A stretch of DNA of 64,000 bases, from positions 96,001 to 160,000 of the forward strand of contig CAXXFF010000002.1 in the NCBI GenBank assembly GCA_963676835.2, read 5' to 3'. This document shows positions 29,674-39,749 of this stretch, one piece after another. Below the pieces are notes generated by a model. That model was not told the DNA's origin, ran no database searches, and saw only the letters and a list, made by a program, of their open reading frames with translations. Position numbers and translations under genes: made by a program. The stretch's first letter is position 1. Each line of letters starts with the position of its first letter. Source of the stretch: Marispirochaeta sp. (GTDB lineage: Bacteria; Spirochaetota; Spirochaetia; JC444; Marispirochaetaceae).

Positions 29674-30196
29674 ATGGCAAACTGTACCGCAAACCTGCAA
29701 CAGGCATTATCCGCGGCCCTTTCCAGCCTGAATCCCGCTGCCATTCCCACCAGGGTCCGGCACCGGTGATCAGGCTGTACTGGCCTGTTTTCCCACGATA
29801 ACCCCAAACCAGGACAGCACCGGGGATTATTCCATGGAAGGGATCATCAATAATCGGATCCCAATCCACATATTCTCCCTCAAAGTAGTTGAAGTAGCCC
29901 AGCAGAATACCGACTTCACCATCCAGCTGGAACCTCCGTTCAGCAGCCCTGAAGTGGTAGTATCCTGTCCCACTGTAGGTCATTGTAGCGATACCAAATG
30001 GGCTTGCTCCGAAACTGATCCGTCCTCCCAGAGTCTCATTAAAAGGCAGCGAGAGCCCTGCACGGATGCTGAGGATCTGATCAAAATCCAGCGAAAACCG
30101 TAAGGAGGTGTTGGTATTATCCCCAAAGGTATAGACAGAAACAGCGAAAAACAGAATGAGAACAAAAAACCGTAATAATGGTTTTACCGGTCCCAT
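29672..30196 (-). CDS. Hypothetical exported protein, possibly a small beta-barrel
   Basis: Signal peptide, alternating Gly/aromatic strands, ends AGLRYSLP. Confidence 0.6.
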   Translation of the reverse strand: MGPVKPLLRFFVLILFFAVSVYTFGDNTNTSLRFSLDFDQILSIRAGLSLPFNETLGGRISFGASPFGIATMTYSGTGYYHFRAAERRFQLDGEVGILLGYFNYFEGEYVDWDPIIDDPFHGIIPGAVLVWGYRGKTGQYSLITGAGPWWEWQRDSGWKGPRIMPVAGLRYSLP

Positions 30197-30247
30197 ACTG
30201 TTAAATATACCCCGGTTTAGGGCAAAAAATGATTTGCAGCGAATTAT

Positions 30248-31723
30248 TCAGAAGGAAATTTTTTCAGTATCCCTGCGCAGAACACGGGCAAGGAAAAACG
30301 GAAGCAGGGTCAGAATAAACAGGACAATAAATGCCAGTCTGAAACCTCCTGCTATCTCCAGCATATCCTGCCTATCCACCTGAGCCAATGCACCGTCATA
30401 TACTGCCGCCTTCAGCCGGGGAGAAAGAGTTATAGTAACCGCCATCAGTGAGAGTGCAGTACTTAATACAATACCGATATTAAGCAGCATGGAGCGGATC
30501 CCGTTGGCCATGCCCCGGGTCTCCTTCGGAACGGTGAGCATGATTGACTTTGTGTTCGGGGTCATCAGAAAACCGGTACCGAAGCCGACAAGAAACTGAC
30601 CTGCCACTATCATCAGATAGGATGGCTCAAGATTCATATTTAAAGTGAGTATTAGCATTCCCAAGGAGGTCAGTACAAGTCCGAAGTTTACCAGATGCAG
30701 CGTCCGGTAAAACCGACATAAAAATCCTGCCAGAGGTGAGGCCAGAAGCATACCCAGGGTAATAGGCAGAACCCGAAGGCTTACGGTAAAGGTATTTTCC
30801 TTTGCAATAACCTGATAGAAAAACGCCACCAGAAGCACAACCGAAGACCGGGCAAGGGAATTGAGAAAAACCGTGGATGTGGCGAAAAGAAACTGCGGGT
30901 CCCGAAACAGGCCCAGATCAACAGTCGGAGCTGAAACCCGCTTCTCCCAGACAAGAAAAAGAGCAAAAAAGACGGCAAATAGAATAAAACCAATCAGAAC
31001 CGACGGATCTGTCCAGCCTGCCGTTCCTGCCCTGGTCAAAGCAAAAAGAAGCCCCCCCAGACTGAGAAAAATGGCGATATTTCCAACATAATCTATTCTG
31101 TCTTCTGCAGCATGCCCGCGGGAAGGCTTGAGAACTATAAATCCGAGAAGAAAACTTATAATACACAGGGGCACATTAAACCAGAAAACCCAGCGCCACC
31201 CGAAATGATAGACAAAAAAACCGCCAACTACTGGCCCGAGAAGCAGCGATCCCGAACCGACAAGAACATTTATTCCCAGGGCTGTACCCAGATGTTTTTC
31301 CGGGAAAACATCCGTAATATACGGTGTGGTATTGGTAAGAATAAGGGCACCACCGACGGCCTGCACCACCCGGAGAGCAATAAGCAGCCAGACATGCTCT
31401 ACACATCCCAGGACAAGACTGGCCGCAGTAAAAACAATAATCCCCGCCAGGTACAGCTTGCGTCTGCCGCAGATATCCGCCATTTTCCCGAAGATAAGAA
31501 TGCAGATGGAATTTACCAGCATGTATGAAAGCAGGATCCACCCCGAAGCAAAGGGACTCGCATTAAAATGGTTTGTCAGTACCGGAAGAATGACATTCAG
31601 GCTGCCGATATTCAGATATACTGCAATAACAGTTATACTGGTTACCAGAAGCAGCAGCCAGGGATAGCGGGAATCTTGCATATAACTCCGATGTACAAAC
31701 CTGAGATCAGGCGGGATATACAA
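30248..31723 (-). CDS. MFS transporter, DHA2 (14-TM) type
   Basis: GKMADICGRRK, LRVVQAVGGA, GPVVGG, WRWVFWFNVP. Confidence 0.92.
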   Translation of the reverse strand: MYIPPDLRFVHRSYMQDSRYPWLLLLVTSITVIAVYLNIGSLNVILPVLTNHFNASPFASGWILLSYMLVNSICILIFGKMADICGRRKLYLAGIIVFTAASLVLGCVEHVWLLIALRVVQAVGGALILTNTTPYITDVFPEKHLGTALGINVLVGSGSLLLGPVVGGFFVYHFGWRWVFWFNVPLCIISFLLGFIVLKPSRGHAAEDRIDYVGNIAIFLSLGGLLFALTRAGTAGWTDPSVLIGFILFAVFFALFLVWEKRVSAPTVDLGLFRDPQFLFATSTVFLNSLARSSVVLLVAFFYQVIAKENTFTVSLRVLPITLGMLLASPLAGFLCRFYRTLHLVNFGLVLTSLGMLILTLNMNLEPSYLMIVAGQFLVGFGTGFLMTPNTKSIMLTVPKETRGMANGIRSMLLNIGIVLSTALSLMAVTITLSPRLKAAVYDGALAQVDRQDMLEIAGGFRLAFIVLFILTLLPFFLARVLRRDTEKISF

Positions 31724-31779
31724 TCCTATACTTCATGGAGACATTAGTAAACATGTGCTCGTTTTTTATGTGTCTGCTT

Positions 31780-31795
31780 TGTTGAGTACTCAACA
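31780..31795. promoter_or_regulatory. Perfect 16-bp palindrome, candidate operator upstream of the MFS gene
   Basis: TGTTGAGTACTCAACA in the divergent intergenic region. Confidence 0.6.
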
Positions 31796-31813
31796 TTATC
31801 TCCACATTACAGC

Positions 31814-31842
31814 TTGACGCGGACAACCCCCCGCCGTATGGT
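31814..31842 (+). promoter_or_regulatory. Sigma70-like promoter for tsaC
   Basis: TTGACG-17 nt-TATGGT. Confidence 0.65.
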
Positions 31843-31848
31843 TAGGAT

Positions 31849-33150
31849 ATGAATATGCGCCACAGCACCCCTGAAAAACCGGGTACCGTCTATATAGATA
31901 CTCAAATAAAGTCTGATTATAAACTCAAGCCTTCCATCGCCTCGCTGCGCATACACTGGATCAATATCCGGGAAAACGACCTTTCGGGGTGCTCAGCCGG
32001 AGCACCGGTTATTTCCTGTGATACAGACTTTCTCAGCACTGCGGAAGCTTCCGGATTCCTGCCCCTGCATATTCTGGACAGCACCAGCCTGCGTCACCTT
32101 GACACTATTCCTCCGGACAGGCTCCTCTTTCATTCTCTTCCTTCCGCCCTTGAATGGGCAGGAAATCATCCTTCGGGACTTGCAGATCTTGAGAGCATGA
32201 TAAAACTCGGTGCCGGAGCCCTCAAAGAAGGTGAGCTGACCGCCTTCCCTACAGAAACTGTGTACGGCCTGGGCGCTAATGCCCTGGACTCCCTGGCGGT
32301 GGAAAAAATCTTTACAGCAAAGAAAAGACCAAAATACGACCCTTTGATTCTGCATATTTCGGAAATGGATCAACTGAATCAACTGGTTTCCTCCATTCCA
32401 GACAATGCCCTGAAACTGGCAGAAAAATTCTGGCCCGGGCCGCTGACCATGGTGTTTCCCAAAAGCAGCCTTGTTCCGGATATCTGCACCTCAGGGCATC
32501 CCACGGTAGCAGTCCGCATGCCCTCCAACCCCTGGGCGCGGAAGCTTATTCATCAGGCGGGAGTTCCGGTTGCCGCACCGAGTGCCAATCTTTTCGGGCG
32601 TACCAGCCCCACAACGGCTGCCCATGTAGCGGAGCAGCTTGAGGGAAGCTATTCGGTACTCATTGATGCCGGAGCCTGCAGGGTCGGCGTTGAATCCACT
32701 GTGCTTTCCCTGACCGGCAACAAGCCGCAGCTGCTCAGAGCCGGAGGGATAAGCCGGGAAGCAATAGAGAGGGTTATTGGTCCCATTGAGATTCCGGAGG
32801 CAAAGCATGCGAAAGACTCGGAGAGCCCGGGCATGCTCCCCAATCATTATGCTCCCCGAACCCCTCTCATGATGGTTCCCGATGTCAGGGATTACACGGA
32901 AAACCACGATATCGGGGTAATCCTGTACAAGGAGTATGCAGAAGAGTTTAATGGCCCGGTCCGAAGCATCAGCCGCCGCAGGGATCCACGGGAAATAGCC
33001 CTGGGGATTTATGCTGCCCTGAGAGAACTGGACAATGAAGATATTTCTCTCATTGTAGCAGAATGGTGTCCCGAAGAAGGTATTGGAGCGGCGGTTAACG
33101 ACCGGCTGAAGAAGGCCTCAGCCCCTGCTGTAATCAGTACGGAAAAATAA
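31849..33150 (+). CDS. tsaC: Threonylcarbamoyl-AMP synthase TsaC/Sua5 with an extra N-terminal domain
   Basis: AFPTETVYGLGA, K.RP..DPLILH, WPGPLT, AAPSAN, SPT, GVEST; SUA5 domain PGML..HYAP. Confidence 0.95.
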   Translation: MNMRHSTPEKPGTVYIDTQIKSDYKLKPSIASLRIHWINIRENDLSGCSAGAPVISCDTDFLSTAEASGFLPLHILDSTSLRHLDTIPPDRLLFHSLPSALEWAGNHPSGLADLESMIKLGAGALKEGELTAFPTETVYGLGANALDSLAVEKIFTAKKRPKYDPLILHISEMDQLNQLVSSIPDNALKLAEKFWPGPLTMVFPKSSLVPDICTSGHPTVAVRMPSNPWARKLIHQAGVPVAAPSANLFGRTSPTTAAHVAEQLEGSYSVLIDAGACRVGVESTVLSLTGNKPQLLRAGGISREAIERVIGPIEIPEAKHAKDSESPGMLPNHYAPRTPLMMVPDVRDYTENHDIGVILYKEYAEEFNGPVRSISRRRDPREIALGIYAALRELDNEDISLIVAEWCPEEGIGAAVNDRLKKASAPAVISTEK

Positions 33151-33152
33151 AA

Positions 33153-34499
33153 GTGGAAGAGCAGAATGCCATGGAACCTCACAAACTGAATTTCAGGCTG
33201 AGAATGCTGAAAACCCTGCGCAGCAGTATTCAGAAATATGAAGATCAGATTACTGCCGCCCTTGAAAAGGACCTTGGAAAAAGCTCTTTTGAGGCCTATG
33301 CTACAGAAACCGGCCTTATCTACAATGAGTTAAGTTATGCGATCCGCAGACTCAGACTCTGGGCCCGTCCACGCAGGGTAGGTTCACCGCTGGTGCTCTG
33401 GCCTGCGGTAAGCCGGGTGTATCCCGTCCCCCTGGGCCGGGTGCTGATAATTGCCCCCTGGAACTACCCTTTTCAGCTGCAGATCGCTCCTTTAATAGCT
33501 GCTATTGCAGCCGGTAACCGGGCAATCCTGAAGCCTTCAGAACTTACCCCCGCAACCGCAGATGTTATTCAGAAGATGATTTCGGAATCCTTTCCCCGGG
33601 ACTATATCTCGGTGGTGTGCGGCGAAGGAGCTGTTGTTGTTCCGGATCTTATACAAAATGAAAGCTTTGACCATATTTTCTTCACCGGAGGAACAAGGAC
33701 AGGCGGGAAGATTGCCGCCCAGGCCGCGGAACAGCACATTCCGGTAACCCTGGAACTGGGGGGTAAAAGTCCCGCTATTGTAGACAGCAGTGCAGATATA
33801 GCCAACGCTGCGAAGAGTATTATCTATGGAAAAAGTATCAATGCCGGGCAGTCCTGCATTGCCCCGGATTATCTGCTGATTCATCAATCATTAAAGGATG
33901 AGTTTATAAATGAGGCAAAGAAAACTGTTCAGTCATTCTTTCCTGATGGGGCGCTTTTTTCACCGGACTACGGCCGCATCATCAACCGGTCCCGTTTCGA
34001 TTTTCTCAGCGGACTGCTTAAAGATGGCACAGTACTTATCGGCGGCGGCAGCAGCACTGAAAATCTGAAGATAGAACCTGCGGTAATGGAGAACATCGAT
34101 CCTCAATCTCCGCTGCTGTCGGATGAGATATTCGGCCCCATACTTCCACTTTTTACCTGGGAAACCAGAGAAGAGCTCTCCGACCTTCTCGATCAGAGAC
34201 CGGACCCTCTGGCGCTCTACCTCTTTACCTCGTCAGACAGCCTGCAGGAATATATATTTACCAGACACAGCTTCGGCGGGGGCTGTGTAAATGATACTAT
34301 GCTTCATTTTGCAAATCCGGCCCTTCCCTTCGGCGGTACCGGGAAGTCCGGCCGGGGAAACTATCACGGCAAGGCGGGATTTATAACCATGTCTCATATG
34401 CGTTCCATGGTTCACAGTCCCCGAAGATTCTCCCTGCCCTTCAAGTTTCCTCCCTACACCCGGAGTGCCCACCGTATAGTACGAAGATTCCTGCGCTAA
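33153..34499 (+). CDS. Aldehyde dehydrogenase (class 3-like)
   Basis: PWNYP, KPSE, FFTGG, LELGGKSP, NAGQSCIAPDY, EIFGP, PFGG. Confidence 0.95.
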   Translation: MEEQNAMEPHKLNFRLRMLKTLRSSIQKYEDQITAALEKDLGKSSFEAYATETGLIYNELSYAIRRLRLWARPRRVGSPLVLWPAVSRVYPVPLGRVLIIAPWNYPFQLQIAPLIAAIAAGNRAILKPSELTPATADVIQKMISESFPRDYISVVCGEGAVVVPDLIQNESFDHIFFTGGTRTGGKIAAQAAEQHIPVTLELGGKSPAIVDSSADIANAAKSIIYGKSINAGQSCIAPDYLLIHQSLKDEFINEAKKTVQSFFPDGALFSPDYGRIINRSRFDFLSGLLKDGTVLIGGGSSTENLKIEPAVMENIDPQSPLLSDEIFGPILPLFTWETREELSDLLDQRPDPLALYLFTSSDSLQEYIFTRHSFGGGCVNDTMLHFANPALPFGGTGKSGRGNYHGKAGFITMSHMRSMVHSPRRFSLPFKFPPYTRSAHRIVRRFLR

Positions 34500-34990
34500 T
34501 GGCTGAGAAATTCTTTTATAGCCTTCCAGTCTTCAAGCTTTTTTTCATATGCGACAGCATGTGCAGGACTGGTTGAGGGAAGCCGGAAAAGCTGCATTCC
34601 CTCCGGCAGCTCCACATGGCGCTTGAACAACTGAAAAGATTTGCTGCCGTTACAGAAGACAACGCGTATTGATGGATACAGGGCGAAGAGACCGGCAAAA
34701 TCATTCGGTTCCGGATTTTTAATATTCTGATCAAGACTGCCTTCACGGCTGCAGGCGGAAATAACATCCCACAGGGCAATACCATGCAGGGTAAGCTGCT
34801 GCTTCCTCTTTTCGTATTCAGGCGCCAGATCCTCTTCAAGAAGCTCCCCCATAATTTTCCAGAAGGAGTTCCGGGGATGCCCATAGTACTGCTGAACCCT
34901 CAGGGATTCCACGCCCGGGATAGATCCCAGGATAAGAACCACCGGATTATCTCCGCAGACAGGAGGAAAAGAGTGAATCAGCCCTGCCAT
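34496..34990 (-). CDS. DNA-deoxyinosine glycosylase (UDG superfamily)
   Basis: LILGSIPG..SL..QQYYGHPRNSFW, IALWDV, SLD, LPSTSPAHA. Confidence 0.9.
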   Translation of the reverse strand: MAGLIHSFPPVCGDNPVVLILGSIPGVESLRVQQYYGHPRNSFWKIMGELLEEDLAPEYEKRKQQLTLHGIALWDVISACSREGSLDQNIKNPEPNDFAGLFALYPSIRVVFCNGSKSFQLFKRHVELPEGMQLFRLPSTSPAHAVAYEKKLEDWKAIKEFLSH

Positions 34991-35757
34991 ACCTTCATTG
35001 CGGCTTTCACAGAGCGGGCCATTTCGGCTGCATAGTCTGCGGTATATTTTCTCGCAAAAAGATCCTGCCCATAGTTTTCCCCGCCACTTTCGAAACTGCC
35101 GTCTTTGTAATAACGCTTTTCTACAGGAGCATACAGATCCGCCAGCTCTTCCGAACTCAGACGATGGTAGGTATCTTCAAAAAAGAGTTTTTCCCTGTCA
35201 ACTTTAGGCGTTGGCCGCCGGTTGTAGTAGTCGCCCCGGGAGTAGCCGGCAACCACAAGGGAGAGGGGAAAAACAAAGTCAGGAAGATTGAAAATCTTCC
35301 GGTGTTCTTCATAATTCTCCATGATATCTCCAATATAGCATGAGCCGAGCCCCATGGATTCAGCCGCAAGCACCGAAGTATGAGCAGCAATCATTGCATC
35401 CTGGCAGGCAAGCATAAGAAATCCCTCATCGGGAGTTGCGAACTCTTTGCCGGTTTTAGCGGCATACTCTGCAGCACCTGAATAGTCAAGATAATCATAG
35501 AGGCGCTGACAGTCAGCCAGAAACAGCAGCACCACAGGGGCCTGGGCAATAAAGGGCTGATTGTCGCATGTCTTTGCCAGGGTGTCCTTGAGGTTCTGAT
35601 CTTTTACCCGGATTACCGAGTAGAGAGCCATACTTCCGGCGGTGGGTGCATAACGCACCGCACCGAGGATCATATCTACTTTTTCTTCAGGCACCCTGCG
35701 GTCCGCAAAGGATCGCAGGGATTTGCGGTTATAAAGAAGCTTCAGAGTCTCATTCAT
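34978..35757 (-). CDS. Nitroreductase family flavoprotein (NfsA-like)
   Basis: RKSLRSF, APTAG..., QPFI, AAESMGLGSCYIG. Confidence 0.9.
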   Translation of the reverse strand: MNETLKLLYNRKSLRSFADRRVPEEKVDMILGAVRYAPTAGSMALYSVIRVKDQNLKDTLAKTCDNQPFIAQAPVVLLFLADCQRLYDYLDYSGAAEYAAKTGKEFATPDEGFLMLACQDAMIAAHTSVLAAESMGLGSCYIGDIMENYEEHRKIFNLPDFVFPLSLVVAGYSRGDYYNRRPTPKVDREKLFFEDTYHRLSSEELADLYAPVEKRYYKDGSFESGGENYGQDLFARKYTADYAAEMARSVKAAMKVWQG

Positions 35758-35769
35758 TATTCGGGTATA

Positions 35770-36750
35770 TCAGATAATTCCCTTCTCGCCCAGATAGCGT
35801 TCTGCATCAAGGGCAGCCATACAGCCCGAACCTGCAGCGCTAATCGCCTGGCGGTAGACTTTATCCTTCACGTCGCCGCAGGCAAAAACACCTTCAATTT
35901 CCGTTGCGGTTGAATCAGGCTTGGCCTTAAGATAGCCTGTCTCATCTGTGGGAAGCTGACCGCCGAGGAATTCGGTATTCGGTTTATGGCCGATGGCATA
36001 GAAAAGACCCTTGGCGGGGATTTCAGACTCTTCGCCGGTCTGGTTATTCTTTACCTTTATACCGCCGAGAAACTGCATGCCGAACTTATTCGCCTCACCT
36101 TTCACAGCCTCAACGGCATTGGTGTTCCAGTGGATTTTGATTTTCTCGTTATTGAATACCCGTTCCTGCATGGCCTTGCTTGCCCGGAACACATCCCGGC
36201 GGACCAGCATATGAATGGTAGAGCCGAACTTTGACAGGTAGGTTGCCTCTTCACAGGCGGTATCTCCTCCGCCGATTACAATCAGGGGCTGGTCTCGGTA
36301 CATGGGAAGGGCGCCATCACATACGGCACAGGCGGAAATTCCTTTCTGCCAGAGCTCATCTTCTCCTGTAATATGCAGCCGCTGTGCAGTTGCACCTGTT
36401 GCAATTATCACAGCATGGGCCAGGTAAGTCTCACCGCCGACGACAACCTTTTTCGGTTCGCTTTTCAGGTCCACCGAGTCGACAGTCTTTGTCTCAATCC
36501 TGGCTCCGTATTTAAGAGACTGGGCCCTCATCTGATCCATCAGCTCCGGTCCGCTTATGGCTTCCGGAAACCCCGGGAAATTCTCTATCTCCGTGGTGGT
36601 TGTCAGCTGTCCGCCTGCGGCAACTCCCCCCGCCATAAATCCTTCAAACATAAGGGGTTTGAGTTCTGCCCGGGCTGCATAAATAGCAGCAGTATGCCCT
36701 GCGGGGCCTGATCCTATAATGATTACATTTTCAACAGCTTCAGATGCCAT
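35770..36750 (-). CDS. trxB: Thioredoxin-disulfide reductase
   Basis: IIGSGPAG, GGQL, CAVCDG, GGGDTACEEA, FACGDV...RQAI; start MASEAVE has an AGGAGG RBS. Confidence 0.96.
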   Translation of the reverse strand: MASEAVENVIIIGSGPAGHTAAIYAARAELKPLMFEGFMAGGVAAGGQLTTTTEIENFPGFPEAISGPELMDQMRAQSLKYGARIETKTVDSVDLKSEPKKVVVGGETYLAHAVIIATGATAQRLHITGEDELWQKGISACAVCDGALPMYRDQPLIVIGGGDTACEEATYLSKFGSTIHMLVRRDVFRASKAMQERVFNNEKIKIHWNTNAVEAVKGEANKFGMQFLGGIKVKNNQTGEESEIPAKGLFYAIGHKPNTEFLGGQLPTDETGYLKAKPDSTATEIEGVFACGDVKDKVYRQAISAAGSGCMAALDAERYLGEKGII

Positions 36751-36793
36751 ACAAATCCTCCTGCTCTTAATATATATTTTTTCATATATAGCG

Positions 36794-37288
36794 TCAATAC
36801 AATATTTCTTGTGCGAATTTTTCGCCAGCCCGGTCCATGATACCCTCTTCCCAGATATCAAGCTGTGCATCCGCTGATTCAACTGCAGCCCTGAGCCTTG
36901 AATGGCTGATTTCTACAGATCCTGAAACTCTGGCGGCAAGGGCACCTGTTTTATCCAGAATATCGATATCCAGAACTACCCGGCACTCAAGACTCACAAA
37001 GGCAATACCCGCCTGACGTTTTACATCCTGAATTTCAGCGTTACGTACCATGAGAGCAACACCGTCTTCACTGTAGAGACTATCAAGCCTTAAAGCCCGG
37101 TTCAGAGAACGGATAAAGGTAATATTTCCGGCATCATCCCTGTCGGCATAAAACATACTGCCTTCAGGAAGTGCTCCTTCAAGTACAAGCCCCGAACCGC
37201 TGTGGCTGTTCAGGCCGGCACATCCAGTCAGGAACAACCATACAAGCAAGGCCGTCCCGAAAACAGGAAAAATCCTTCTAATGTTCAT
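36794..37288 (-). CDS. Hypothetical lipoprotein
   Basis: Lipobox LTGC after a hydrophobic stretch. Confidence 0.6.
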   Translation of the reverse strand: MNIRRIFPVFGTALLVWLFLTGCAGLNSHSGSGLVLEGALPEGSMFYADRDDAGNITFIRSLNRALRLDSLYSEDGVALMVRNAEIQDVKRQAGIAFVSLECRVVLDIDILDKTGALAARVSGSVEISHSRLRAAVESADAQLDIWEEGIMDRAGEKFAQEILY

Positions 37289-37323
37289 CTGTTAAAAATA
37301 GCCTATTGATAGTTGCGGAGCAA

Positions 37324-38283
37324 CTATCCGAGGCCGCTGATTTTCAAAACAGTGAGAAAAAGAGAAATGGTAAGAAAACAGGCGGCGGTACTTACCACAA
37401 TAATACTTCCGGCTATATGCCGGTCTCCGCCCATGGCATCGGTCATTGCATAGCTTGCAACAGCTGCAGGCGCTCCGGCGTAGATACTGAGTATGAGCAG
37501 AGGCTCATTGCGTACCCCCATGAGAATACCGAACAGAAGCGCCAGAACCGGCATTACTATCAGCTTGAAAAAACTGCTCGCAGCTGCCACGGGGTATCTG
37601 CCTCCTGTGGAGTAGCGGCCTACAGACCCGCCGATACCGACAAGAGCAAGGGGCAGCGCAAGGTAGCGAAGATACCAGAGAGCGTCTGAAAATACCCTGG
37701 GCAGGGGAATATTGTTAAGGGAGAAGAAAATGCCAAGGAGAATAGACACGGTAAGGGGATTCTGGAAACTCCTGAGAATTACCAGTCCAAGTTTTTTCAG
37801 TGGATGTGATGCTGCAGATGAATCCACCGCACAGGAAGTGAGAATCAGTACACTGGCGACATTATGAATAAGCAGAAAAAACGCCAGCAGAACAGCCCCG
37901 TGAGGAAGCCAGGAGGACCCCAGAACCTGATCGACCACCGCAAGACCTATAATTGCGAAATTTCCACGAACCATTCCCTGAAGAAAGGGACCTTTCCTTG
38001 GAGGATCCAGCTTCAGAATCCGCGCAAAGGCATAACCTGCAACAGTGGTAATAATAATGGCGCCGATAAATGCAAGAACTTCCCGCCAGGGAAGTTCTCC
38101 GGAAAAGTCGGCATTGCTTACACTCAGGAAAACCAGCGCAGGCATGGCAATATAAAAAACCAGCCTGTTGGCACTGATGATAAAGCCGTCATCTATCCAT
38201 TTAGCGGTAAAAGCCACATACCCGAGAAACATCACCAGAAAAATCGGCGTGATCTTGAGAAGAATCAGCAGGAGGACAGTCAA
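37324..38283 (-). CDS. AEC (auxin efflux carrier) family transporter
   Basis: LVFYIAMPALVF, RGNFAIIGL, NP, LPLALVGIG, KLIVMP, PAA. Confidence 0.9.
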   Translation of the reverse strand: MTVLLLILLKITPIFLVMFLGYVAFTAKWIDDGFIISANRLVFYIAMPALVFLSVSNADFSGELPWREVLAFIGAIIITTVAGYAFARILKLDPPRKGPFLQGMVRGNFAIIGLAVVDQVLGSSWLPHGAVLLAFFLLIHNVASVLILTSCAVDSSAASHPLKKLGLVILRSFQNPLTVSILLGIFFSLNNIPLPRVFSDALWYLRYLALPLALVGIGGSVGRYSTGGRYPVAAASSFFKLIVMPVLALLFGILMGVRNEPLLILSIYAGAPAAVASYAMTDAMGGDRHIAGSIIVVSTAACFLTISLFLTVLKISGLG

Positions 38284-38294
38284 GGTATTCTCCC

Positions 38295-39749
38295 CTATCT
38301 ACGCCAGAAAGAGGGAACCAGCAGGATCAGTACGGTATACACCTCAAGACGACCGACCAGCATGGCCAGACTGAGTACCCATTTTATGTAGGGCTCATAA
38401 AAGGCGTAATTCATTGCCGGGCCAACCTTGGCAAAACCGGGACCGATATTTCCCACCGTTGCCAGAGCACTGGAGAAAGAGGTAACCAGATCGTATCCTC
38501 CAAGAGCAACTACTCCCGTGGTTACCAGCAAACAGAGGATGTACAGGAAAAAGAATCCCAGTACGGTATAGACAAAATCCTTGCGCACCGGTTCTCCGTT
38601 AATCCGTACCTGATGTACCCCGTTATGCCGCAGCAGATACTTCATCTCGGTTACCGCCTGTTTAAACAGGGTTACAATACGGATAACCTTGATACCACCC
38701 CCGGTTGACCCGGAACAGCCGCCGACAAACATGAGAAAGAAGAGAACATACTTGGCAAACTCCGGCCAGAGATCAAAATCGGCTGTGGCGTAACCGGTGG
38801 TGGTTATAACTGTGGCCGACTGAAATCCGGCATAGCGGAGACTCTGGGCAAAACTGGGATAGACTACCTTGTTGATGGAAACAGCAATAGCCAGGGTGGT
38901 TATACCGAAGATAAGCAGATAGGCCACAAACTCGGTATTCTTAATCAGATCCCTGAACCGGCCCTGAAGGGCCCGGAAATAGAGGCCGAAATTAAGCCCC
39001 GCAGCAACCATAAAGACAGTAATAACCACATCGATATAGGCGGAATTATAGTGCCCGACACTGGCAGCCTTGGGAGAAAATCCACCGGTTGCGAGGGTTC
39101 CGAAGGTATGGGTCAGGGCATCAAAGAGATTCATACCGCCGAACATCAGCAGCACCGTCTCAATAATTGTCAGCCCGAGATAAATCAGCCACAGAATCTT
39201 GGCAGTCTCTGCAACCTTGGGGGTGATCTTTTCCAGAGTAGGCCCGGGAGATTCAGCCCGCATGAGCTGAGCTCCGCCGACACCGAGAATCGGGAGGATT
39301 GCGACGGTAAGTACAACTATACCCATACCTCCCAGCCAGTGGGTAAGGGAGCGCCAGAAAAGCAGCGCCGGTGACATGGCTTCAATGTCAGTAAGAATGG
39401 AGGCTCCGGTGGTGGTAAAACCGGATATGGTTTCAAAATAGGCGTCAGTATAGAAAGGGATCTCTCCGGAAAGAAAGAAGGGCAGCGCCCCTACACCGGA
39501 AGCGACAATCCAGCTTAAGGTTACCATCAGGAATCCCTCTTTTGCCCGCAGATAGCGGCGGCGGAAGGGCCTGGTGGCAAAATAAACAATAATACAAAGA
39601 ACTATAGCCGGAACAATGGTCTCCAGAAATGCCGCTGTAACCACGCTGTTGTGGTTGTAGACAGCAATCCCGAGAGGAACCAGCATGAAAAGAGAGACAA
39701 TAAAAATCAGCGCCGCCAGTATGTTGAGTATCAGACTGTACTGGATCAT
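38295..39749 (-). CDS. trkH: Trk potassium uptake permease
   Basis: SGFTTTGA, WLGGMG, ATGGFS, TTTGY, GCSGSTGGGIK, GNIGPG, GRLE. Confidence 0.96.
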   Translation of the reverse strand: MIQYSLILNILAALIFIVSLFMLVPLGIAVYNHNSVVTAAFLETIVPAIVLCIIVYFATRPFRRRYLRAKEGFLMVTLSWIVASGVGALPFFLSGEIPFYTDAYFETISGFTTTGASILTDIEAMSPALLFWRSLTHWLGGMGIVVLTVAILPILGVGGAQLMRAESPGPTLEKITPKVAETAKILWLIYLGLTIIETVLLMFGGMNLFDALTHTFGTLATGGFSPKAASVGHYNSAYIDVVITVFMVAAGLNFGLYFRALQGRFRDLIKNTEFVAYLLIFGITTLAIAVSINKVVYPSFAQSLRYAGFQSATVITTTGYATADFDLWPEFAKYVLFFLMFVGGCSGSTGGGIKVIRIVTLFKQAVTEMKYLLRHNGVHQVRINGEPVRKDFVYTVLGFFFLYILCLLVTTGVVALGGYDLVTSFSSALATVGNIGPGFAKVGPAMNYAFYEPYIKWVLSLAMLVGRLEVYTVLILLVPSFWRR

